NCBI GenBank assembly: GCA_019911805.1
Contig: JAIOJV010000052.1
Coordinates: 45,413-109,412 of the forward strand
Direction of reading: 5' to 3'
From: Gammaproteobacteria bacterium
GTDB taxonomy: Bacteria; Pseudomonadota; Gammaproteobacteria; Thiohalobacterales; Thiohalobacteraceae
DNA: 64,000 nt
Shown here: piece after piece, positions 1 through 7,932 of the stretch
Position numbering within the stretch: the stretch's first letter is position 1
Layout of the letters: each line of letters opens with the position of its first letter
Position numbers and translations under genes: made by a program
The notes under the pieces: model-generated
The model's database searches: none
The model's input: the letters and a program-made list of their open reading frames with translations, nothing else
Told to the model about the DNA's origin: nothing

Positions 1-595
1 TAGAGGCACTGAGTTGCTCGATCATCTCAGGATAGGTCGCGGAGAATAATAACGTTTGCCGGTGGCTCGGCGTCGCAGCGACGATCTCAGCAATGTCATC
101 GTAAAAGCCCATGTCCAGCATACGATCTGCTTCATCCAGAATCAGCGTGCTGACCCTATCCAGTTTCAACGTCGCCTTGCGTAGATGCTTCATTACCCGC
201 CCAGGTGTGCCAACGATGATATGCGCGCCATGTTCCAATGAACCCACCTGCGGCCCGAACGGGGCGCCGCCGCATAAGGTGAGCACTTTGATATTGGGGA
301 TATGCGTCGCCAGACGCCGTATCTCCTTGCTCACCTGATCGGCGAGTTCCCGGGTCGGGCAAAGCACTACTGTCTGCACGTCAAACTCGCGCGCGTTAAG
401 CCGTGCCAGCAGTCCAATGCCAAACACTGCCGTCTTCCCGCTACCGGTCTCAGCCTGAGCGATCAGGTCATTGCCTTGCAGGACGACTGGTAAGGCCTGG
501 GCTTGAATTGGAGTCATGGACTGGTAGCCCATGGAATCGAGATTGGCGAGCAAAGCGGCGTCCAGACCCAGACTGGAAAAAGTGGTGCTTGTCAT
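1..595 (-). CDS. dbpA: DEAD-box ATP-dependent RNA helicase, DbpA-like, N-terminal ~198 codons (gene continues past window start)
   Basis: My own minus-strand translation from ATG 595-593: MTSTTFSSLGLDAALLANLDSMGYQSMTPIQAQALPVVLQGNDLIAQAETGSGKTAVF...TLILDEADRMLDMGF...QTLLFSAT. It has the Q motif, Walker A, DEAD box and SAT motif and aligns closely with my memory of E. coli DbpA. It is absent from the ORF track because it is open at the window edge. Confidence 0.85.
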   Translation of the reverse strand, partial: MTSTTFSSLGLDAALLANLDSMGYQSMTPIQAQALPVVLQGNDLIAQAETGSGKTAVFGIGLLARLNAREFDVQTVVLCPTRELADQVSKEIRRLATHIPNIKVLTLCGGAPFGPQVGSLEHGAHIIVGTPGRVMKHLRKATLKLDRVSTLILDEADRMLDMGFYDDIAEIVAATPSHRQTLLFSATYPEMIEQLSAS

Positions 596-809
596 AGTGC
601 ACGTACCTGAGGAGTACTCTGATCTGAATGGATAACGCACAGCACGATGTAACCAGGGAGCTTGGTGTCGCGACCAATCAGGATGCGACGCGGGATATTG
701 TCGGCCAGGTCGATCATGCCGTGTGTATACTCTGGTGCGGCACGGGATTAACCTACCCTACAAATCGCTTTCCACAGCTCGCGCTGTATTATTTAACTAT
801 TACAAAAGT

Positions 810-1667
810 CTATTCAATTTCCCGTGCGGCCAGTTCCCGCAAACGCCGCTCATTTTCCTGCTCCCGCGCGTCGTCGATTATCTGCATGACAGTTGCCACA
901 TCGGCGTCCACCGTACTGCGCTCGAAATGGCCGGTCAGCTTGCTGTCAGGCCGAAGCTTTCCACTGGTATATAGCGCCCAGATTTCTTTGCCGTAGTCGG
1001 TTTTCAATAGCGTCGGGGCATAGCTACCGAAATGTACTGTCATGTTGTCGACATCACGCTCCAGCATCATACCTGCGCTGTTATTGCCGGCCGCATTGAC
1101 TGCTTGTGGCAGATCGATAATGACCGGGCCGTGCTCATCAACCAAGACGTTGAACGGAGATAAATCGCCATGCACCAGGCCAGCGAAAAGCATACGTACG
1201 ATTTCTGCCATTATCACCTGGTGATACTCTCGCGCCTGTTGTTCGGATAACGTCACATGGTTGAGGCGCGGCGCAGCCTTGCCTTCGGCGTCCGTCACCA
1301 GTTCCATCAACAGGACGCCATCGACAAAGCCATAAGGTTGTGGCACGCGCACACCGGCAGTGGCCAAACGATAGAGCGCATCCACCTCGGCGCTGAGCCA
1401 GGCATCCTCCGACTTTTTTTGACCGTAGCGGCTGTGTTTACTCATGGCGCGAGCCTGGCGGGTATTTCTGACTTTACGGCCTTCCTGATATTGCACGGCT
1501 TGTTTGAAGCTGCGTTGATTCGCTTCTTTATATACCTTGGCGCAACGGATCGCAGAACCACAGCGGACCACATAGACCTGCGCTTCTTTGCCGCTCATTA
1601 ATTGGGAAAGGACTTCATCGATCAGGCCATCATCGACCAGTGGTTGTAATCTTTTCGGTACTTTCAT
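810..1667 (-). CDS. RIO1-family (PA4780-like) serine protein kinase
   Basis: ORF 810..1724; preferred start is ATG 1667 (MKVPKRLQPLVDDGLIDEV). RIO-type motifs: SGKEAQVYVV, catalytic LVHGDLSPFNVLV, IIDLPQAV. Confidence 0.8.
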   Translation of the reverse strand: MKVPKRLQPLVDDGLIDEVLSQLMSGKEAQVYVVRCGSAIRCAKVYKEANQRSFKQAVQYQEGRKVRNTRQARAMSKHSRYGQKKSEDAWLSAEVDALYRLATAGVRVPQPYGFVDGVLLMELVTDAEGKAAPRLNHVTLSEQQAREYHQVIMAEIVRMLFAGLVHGDLSPFNVLVDEHGPVIIDLPQAVNAAGNNSAGMMLERDVDNMTVHFGSYAPTLLKTDYGKEIWALYTSGKLRPDSKLTGHFERSTVDADVATVMQIIDDAREQENERRLRELAAREIE

Positions 1668-1771
1668 CGAACGATATCGTCTGTCTATTGCTTGGATTGA
1701 TGGGCATGATAATAACATTTTCATGTCCTGGTCTGCTGCAGTATGTGTCTTTTGTGACCTCTAGGGCCGGA

Positions 1772-2833
1772 TCACTGCCCTCCCACTTTCTCCCGAATGT
1801 TGAACTCACGGATGAATATGCCCCAGAATGCCATGAACAACGCCGCGATCAGCGGCCCGACCACGAAGCCGTTCATGCCAAACAGCACGAAGCCGCCCAG
1901 GGTCGAAAGCAACACGATATAGTCAGGTAGTTTAGTGTCGCGGCCGACCAGGATGGGACGCAGGATGTTATCGACCAGACCGATCACGCCGATGCCAAAG
2001 ACGACGAGCACCGAGCCCTGTATCCAGTCGCCTGCTGCGAACAGATAGATAGCTACCGGTACCCAGATCAGGCCAGCACCGACCACGGGAATCAATGATA
2101 GTAGGATCATCACTACACCCCACAACAATGCACCGGGGATGCCGAGCATCCAGAAGATTATCCCACCAAGCGTACCCTGCAGGGCTGCGACCATCAGGTT
2201 GCCCTTGACGGTGGCGCGAGTCACTTCGGCGAACTTGGCGAATAACAGACGCTCGCGTTCATCGCCCAGCGGCAGAGCGCGTACCAGCAAGTCGATAAGC
2301 TTGACGCCATCACGCAGTAAGAAAAACGCGACGTACAGCATCAAGCCGAGGCTCATAAAGAACTGCAGCGTATTCTGCCCCAACTCCACGGCGTTCTGCG
2401 CGATGAATCGACTGACAGAGACGGCACCGCCAGCGACCTGTTGCTTGAGATTGTCCAGGTCAACGCCCAGACGTTCAATCAGATTCTGCACCAGTGGAAA
2501 TCCCTTCTGTACCTGATCCAGATAGGCCCCCGGGTCCACCTCGCCACTCTGCAGGCGCTGATAAAGGCCGGCACCTTCCTGGAAGAACGATCCCAGGACA
2601 AACAGTACCGGGATGACCACGATGACCACGCAAACAGCCAGTGTCGTTAGCGCCGCCAGAGTGGGTCTAAGGCTCCAACGCTCCAGTAGCCGGTAGTACA
2701 GCGGATGAAACAGCACGCCAATGACGCTTGCCCAAAATACCGCACCGAAGAACGGCTTGAGCAGGTACAGGAACAGTACTGTTACCAGCGCCAGCATCAG
2801 GAAAAACGATCGTCGTTCCAGATTCTCTTGCAT
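1772..2833 (-). CDS. AI-2E family (PerM/UPF0118) transporter
   Basis: 353-aa polytopic membrane ORF. The C-terminal half (GIPGALLWGVVMILLSLIPVVGAGLIWVPVAIYL...ILRPILVG) is typical of the AI-2E family. Confidence 0.85.
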   Translation of the reverse strand: MQENLERRSFFLMLALVTVLFLYLLKPFFGAVFWASVIGVLFHPLYYRLLERWSLRPTLAALTTLAVCVVIVVIPVLFVLGSFFQEGAGLYQRLQSGEVDPGAYLDQVQKGFPLVQNLIERLGVDLDNLKQQVAGGAVSVSRFIAQNAVELGQNTLQFFMSLGLMLYVAFFLLRDGVKLIDLLVRALPLGDERERLLFAKFAEVTRATVKGNLMVAALQGTLGGIIFWMLGIPGALLWGVVMILLSLIPVVGAGLIWVPVAIYLFAAGDWIQGSVLVVFGIGVIGLVDNILRPILVGRDTKLPDYIVLLSTLGGFVLFGMNGFVVGPLIAALFMAFWGIFIREFNIREKVGGQ

Positions 2834-3394
2834 CGTTGTATCCTTTTGAGATGGCCGTGAATAAATGGCACGGTGAAGGCGGGAATCGACAGGGAGTTTA
2901 TAGGCCTGTGTCGATCAGATGCTTTACCCGTTTGTTTGGCAGCCAGGTACAGAATCTACAAAATCATCGACATTCGCCTCCAATTCGCATGAAAACGCAA
3001 CTGGTCACTTCCGACCTCGCAAATTTCGCCATGATCATCCTTGGCACACTGGGTTATGGACACGCCTCCTATGCCGCGCCGGCGACCATTTTTTCTCCGG
3101 TTCCGCCGACGATCAATGCAGGGATTTTCTGGGTGTCACGGGACCCGGCTCAGGTACCTTCACCTACGATTCGGTTCCCAGTAGCGATCGCAATTTCAAG
3201 ACACGGGAGGTGGGTCTGGCCACCTTTGGATGCCTGTTCTCGCGCATGGTCGATGCAGCAGTCAACGTGGTCGCGTCCGGCATTGTCACGCCTGCTGACG
3301 CCTCGCGTGTCGCGTCCGAGGAGGCCGACGTCGCCCTCGTGCTCCACGACTATCCGTGCGGAACAGTCGCGGTGCGGGTGAGGGTCGTCAGCCC

Positions 3395-4324
3395 ATGAGC
3401 GGCGGTCTGGCTGCACTCCTCGACGACGTCGCTGCACTCGCCCGACTGGCAGCGGCCAACGCGGATGACGTTGCAGCGGCGGCTGGACGCGCCAGTGTCA
3501 AGGCAGCGGGCGTGGTGGTCGATGACACCGCTGTCACTCCCCAATATGTCGCTGGGGTCAGCCCGAAGCGCGAACTGCCGATCATCAAGAAGATCGCCAT
3601 CGGCTCCCTGCGCAACAAGCTGCTCATCATCCTTCCCGTCATCCTGTTGCTCAGCCAGTTCCTGCCTGGGTTGCTGACACCACTGCTCATGCTGGGTGGT
3701 ACCTACCTCTGCTTCGAGGGTGCGGAGAAGGTGCTGGAGTTGATCCGTCGTCACGAACCGCAGAAGAAAACACCGGCGATCCTCAAGGGCCCCGAGGCGG
3801 AGGGCACCGTGGTGAAGGGGGCCATCCGGACGGACTTCATCCTCAGCGCCGAGATCATGGTCATCTCCCTGAACGAGGTTGCGGCCGAGGGTTTCCTGTC
3901 ACGCACCATCATCCTGATCATCGTGGCGCTCACGATCACGGCGCTGGTCTACGGTGTCGTGGCGCTCATCGTGAAGATGGACGATGCGGGCCTGGCGCTG
4001 GCTGGTCACGAATCCGAACGCACGCAGGTGGTGGGGAGAGCCATGGTGGCAGCGATGCCCGCGGTGCTTACTACCATTTCCACCATCGGCATCTTTGCCA
4101 TGCTGTGGGTGGGCGGACACATCATCCTCGTCGGCATGGCCGACCTCGGGCTCCACGCGCCGCATGACCTCGTACACCTCCTCGAAGACATCGTGGCACA
4201 CGTGGCGGACATGGGCGGTACCCTGGCCTGGCTCGTGAACACCCTGTGCTCCCTGATGTTCGGAGTCATCTGGGGTGTGGTGGTGGCAGCCGCCCTCCAC
4301 ACCCTCCCATGGCCCAGGAAGTAA
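3395..4324 (+). CDS. DUF808 (YedI-like) inner-membrane protein
   Basis: ORF 3356..4324; start ATG 3395 gives MSGGLAALLDDVAALARLAAANADDVAAAAGRASVKAAGVVVDDTAVTPQYV followed by several hydrophobic helices. This matches my memory of the DUF808 N-terminus. Confidence 0.75.
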   Translation: MSGGLAALLDDVAALARLAAANADDVAAAAGRASVKAAGVVVDDTAVTPQYVAGVSPKRELPIIKKIAIGSLRNKLLIILPVILLLSQFLPGLLTPLLMLGGTYLCFEGAEKVLELIRRHEPQKKTPAILKGPEAEGTVVKGAIRTDFILSAEIMVISLNEVAAEGFLSRTIILIIVALTITALVYGVVALIVKMDDAGLALAGHESERTQVVGRAMVAAMPAVLTTISTIGIFAMLWVGGHIILVGMADLGLHAPHDLVHLLEDIVAHVADMGGTLAWLVNTLCSLMFGVIWGVVVAAALHTLPWPRK

Positions 4325-4591
4325 CGTGCAGACACCCCGGCCGCGCACTCGTCCGGCGACACCACGCCGTAAGGGCCAACCCTGGGGGGCCGGTACTCTG
4401 AAGCTCATGACCCAACTGCTTCTCGACGCCACCGGTGGCGTCGGTGACAAGTTCGTACCCGAGGCGTTGAGTGCGGCTCTGGTGGAACCGGCCTCCGAGT
4501 TCTCACGCACCGGCTCGCGTTCGGACTCGCCGCAGACGCTGCAGCGGGACGCGATCCCGTGCCGGGCACGAGGCCGCAGGCGGTGACCCAT

Positions 4592-7500
4592 TCAGGGTGT
4601 GGCGAGCGACTCCGTCACGGCGGTGGGCAGCAGGCCGAACGCCGCGGAGGCGAGGTTGAGCGCGCTCGTCGGGCTCCCATCGGGGTTCCAGACGTCCGCT
4701 TCGGTGAAGGTGCCGTCGGCGGTGGTCGCCTCGGGCACCGGTGGCCGCAGGCGCTCCGCCGCGAGGCGGCCGGAACCGCCACGTGCGACCAGTGCCCGCG
4801 CCGCCGCGACGACGTCCGCGGGGTGATCGGGGAGCTCGTTCACGGACACCCCCAACCGGTCGGCGCACAACTGTCGACGGAAGGTGAGGATCTCCTGCGG
4901 CCGTCCCTCCTCGACACGATCATCGAACATCGTGACCGCGTAGGAGCTGTCGTAGGAGAGGCCGCGTCGCCAGAGATGCGTCGTACCGACCATCGCCCAC
5001 GCATCGTCCACGATCACGGTGGTGGTCGCCAGCTTGAGCGTGCGTCCCGGTCCCGCCGACGGTGAGAATACCGCCACCCGCGATTGCCGCGTCTGGGAGA
5101 CAAGACGATCCAGCGCCGCGCGTGTCAGCTGGTCGCGGATGCGCTGGAATGCCTTCGGCAGCCCGGTGTCGAAGAACACGGGTATACAGACGAGCACGCG
5201 CAACCCCGGACGCTGGCTCATGCGGGTGAAGAGCGCGTCGAGCAGGTGCACGCGATCATCCGCCTCGCCGAAGGCCAGATCGTCGAGCGCCGGCGTCTCG
5301 ATATAGATGAAGTCCTCGGCGCGTCCGATAGCACGGATCAGCGCCGTGGCGCCCTCGCGCGCGCCTCGCGCGGCGGCGAGGAAACGTCGGTCCAATGCGC
5401 GCGCAACCCGGTTGGCCGGATCGCCGATACCAGCGGGGATCGTTATGCCGATGCCGTCAAGCGCGGACCGGATGCTCTCCAGCCCTGCGCCGAACGGATA
5501 ACCACTGCCCCCCACCAGGGCCGCGAGCTCCGACAGGCCGACCTCGGCCTCCACGCCTGCCGCCACCGTGCGCAACCCCGCCGCCCACAGGCTGTCCGCG
5601 GTGGGCGCCGTGGGCACTGTGAGTTCGTTGTCCGTCACCGTGGTCACGAGGTCGACGGTGTTCGGGGCCAGGCGATCGCGCACGTACTCGGCGATCCCAC
5701 GCACGGCCGGGCCTTCCACCCGGGCACCGACGGCGACCACGTCGGGACCGGCCGGGCAGAGGGGGTGGCCGTCCTGATGCGGCGGTAGGCCGTGCCGGTC
5801 CCCCAGGGCGGGCCCGCCCCCCACCGTTGCACGAGAGGCGCCCGCCGCAGTCGCCGCTGCCACGAGTTCACGCCGCTCCAGCCCTGGATAGGGCTGGCCG
5901 GCCGCCCATGCGTCGGGCAGGGTGCGCGTCGTGCGGCGCACGGTAGCGCCGGTAGCCGCGAGCACGGCCTCACCATCGCCGGTGGGTTCACCCTTGAGAG
6001 CGGGGGCGGTGAGCCGGAGGGTGACGTTCGCGCTCGCCGCAGCAGCGAAGGTGTCCGCAGCACGCATGGCCGTCGTGATGGTCGTCGGGTCCACGAGCGA
6101 GGTGCTCCCGCCGCCGAGGGCGACCACATGCGTCCCGGACGCGATGTTCGCGCCGGCGCCGAGCGTGGCGATCTCGCGCCCCTCCTCACAGAGCAGGAAG
6201 GGGCCACTGGCGCTCGCGGCAGCGACCGCCGACCCGCCCACCGGTACCGGTCGGTTGAAGCGCTGGTCGGCAAAGTGGCGCCGGCCCTGCGCAGTCACCA
6301 CCAGCACGCTCGCGCCCATGGGCGTCTCGGGTGCGGCATCGCCATCGGGGAGCGCGGCCACGATGCGCGCGACGCCGTTCGCGTCCACCAACCCCGCACC
6401 ACCATCCAGGTGGTAGCGCGTACCGGTGGTGTGATCGAAACCCTGTGTCCAGCAACGCACCCAGGTACCGGCGGCCTCGCTGCCCACGTCAGCGGTGAAG
6501 AGTACGCGCTGACCGGCCACGGTACCGCCCACCTCGGCACCGCCGCCCACCAGTGCCTCGGCGGTCAGGGTGAGCGCGGTCGGCGCCGCGACATCGGGCA
6601 GCGTCCCGGTGACCGGGCCCCAGTCGAGCGTGAGCGCCGACGCCACCAGCCCCGCAGGGACAGCCGCGCCGCCGTCCTGCAGCCGCAGCGCCTCGAGGGC
6701 CGTTGCAGCCACAGCGTCCGGGGTGCGCAGCAGACCGGGGCGCGTGGCACGGTCCGCCAGAATGCGCGTGGACGCCCGCTCCTGGTCGGCGGCACGCGTG
6801 CGCACCGGCGCGGCCGCACCGCCGTCTGCATGGCGTGGCTGGCCGGTGAGGTGATGCTCGATGCTCACCACGGCCACGCGCGCGTGATCACGCCGGAGGA
6901 TCGGGTCGAGCGGACCGTCCGTGAAGAGCGACGCGCTGTCGCCGAAGCGTCCATCAGGCAGCACAGCGAGCCGTGGCAGTGGGAAATCATCCGGAGCATC
7001 AGTCGGTGCGGCACTGAACGAGAGGTCCACCGCTCCCGAATCGGTCCCATCGTGGAAACGCACACCACCCGTGCCGGCCACGCTGCCGCCCACGGTGACG
7101 CGGGCGAGCTCCTCCGTCGGCAGCGGTCCGCCAAACGGGTTCACGAGCTGTACGGTGAGCCGGTCCGCGTCCGCCGCCACCGGCACCGTCCGCGTATCCA
7201 CCCCTGCAGCGAACAGCTCCTCGAAGCCGTTGTCGGCATGCGTCGCCATGTACAGCCACCAGCAGGCTGCTGCTCCCGGGTCCACCGCGTGCCCCAGGCG
7301 GTCAAAGGCCCAGAGTCGCACTGCGGTGTTCGTGGGGAACTTGAGCAGGAACTGCGACTCACTTGCCGTCACGCCGGGCCGGAAGGGGTCGCGCATGGGC
7401 GCCGTACCGTTGCCGAGCGCACCGCCGGTGGAAGTGAGTCCCAGGTATTCGAGCCGCTTCGCGTCGGTGTCGACCGTGGCTGGATAAGGAAAGGGCAGTC

Positions 7501-7927
7501 GTCCGTCGAACCACGACACCCCAGCGACGGTATCCACTATTTCCAGTGCAAGCGTTCGCACCACAGACCGCGTTGCCCGGTCGGCGACCGTCGGATTACC
7601 GAGCGTCGGGATGGTACGCATGAGCGCACCGAGTCGCTCCGACGCCTGCGGCAGGAGCTCGTAAACGGCGATGAGGCGACCGTCGGTGAAGGCCAGTCCG
7701 TCCGGCCCGCGAAGGTGGGCCAGGCCGAGTGGACGCGGGTCGCTGGCCACATAGAAGGAGAGGATGCCGGCCGCCGGTGGCCGCCATTCCACCTCGCCGC
7801 CGAGCGTGAGCGGCACCGCCAGGTCGGCGTCGGGGACCGGCAGCTCCACCGAGTCAACGGAGAACCAGGGCCCGAGCACGGGGCTGTGCAGGCCCAGGCT
7901 GCGAGGGGAGGGTGTCAGGGTGATCAT
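4592..7927 (-). CDS. hypothetical 1111-aa protein, gene 4 of giant operon; C-terminal PLD-like lobe lacking His/Lys
   Basis: Uninterrupted 3.3-kb ORF with strongly G/C-biased third positions. The ATG at 7927 lies 5 nt after the stop of the upstream ORF, with a GGAG-like site upstream. The C-terminus (FIYIETPALDD...TTTVIVDDAWAMVGTTHLWRRGLS) resembles one PLD/HKD lobe. Confidence 0.8.
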   Translation of the reverse strand: MITLTPSPRSLGLHSPVLGPWFSVDSVELPVPDADLAVPLTLGGEVEWRPPAAGILSFYVASDPRPLGLAHLRGPDGLAFTDGRLIAVYELLPQASERLGALMRTIPTLGNPTVADRATRSVVRTLALEIVDTVAGVSWFDGRLPFPYPATVDTDAKRLEYLGLTSTGGALGNGTAPMRDPFRPGVTASESQFLLKFPTNTAVRLWAFDRLGHAVDPGAAACWWLYMATHADNGFEELFAAGVDTRTVPVAADADRLTVQLVNPFGGPLPTEELARVTVGGSVAGTGGVRFHDGTDSGAVDLSFSAAPTDAPDDFPLPRLAVLPDGRFGDSASLFTDGPLDPILRRDHARVAVVSIEHHLTGQPRHADGGAAAPVRTRAADQERASTRILADRATRPGLLRTPDAVAATALEALRLQDGGAAVPAGLVASALTLDWGPVTGTLPDVAAPTALTLTAEALVGGGAEVGGTVAGQRVLFTADVGSEAAGTWVRCWTQGFDHTTGTRYHLDGGAGLVDANGVARIVAALPDGDAAPETPMGASVLVVTAQGRRHFADQRFNRPVPVGGSAVAAASASGPFLLCEEGREIATLGAGANIASGTHVVALGGGSTSLVDPTTITTAMRAADTFAAAASANVTLRLTAPALKGEPTGDGEAVLAATGATVRRTTRTLPDAWAAGQPYPGLERRELVAAATAAGASRATVGGGPALGDRHGLPPHQDGHPLCPAGPDVVAVGARVEGPAVRGIAEYVRDRLAPNTVDLVTTVTDNELTVPTAPTADSLWAAGLRTVAAGVEAEVGLSELAALVGGSGYPFGAGLESIRSALDGIGITIPAGIGDPANRVARALDRRFLAAARGAREGATALIRAIGRAEDFIYIETPALDDLAFGEADDRVHLLDALFTRMSQRPGLRVLVCIPVFFDTGLPKAFQRIRDQLTRAALDRLVSQTRQSRVAVFSPSAGPGRTLKLATTTVIVDDAWAMVGTTHLWRRGLSYDSSYAVTMFDDRVEEGRPQEILTFRRQLCADRLGVSVNELPDHPADVVAAARALVARGGSGRLAAERLRPPVPEATTADGTFTEADVWNPDGSPTSALNLASAAFGLLPTAVTESLATP

Positions 7928-7932
7928 CGCCG

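Noticed and set aside
2836-3381. 181-aa ORF (and overlapping 2919..3398) between the AI-2E and DUF808 genes as a full-length gene.
   Set aside because: The translations are Trp/Arg/Ser-rich and implausible over most of their length. Only the last ~50 codons of the 2919 frame look coding, and that part is reported as a low-interest finding.
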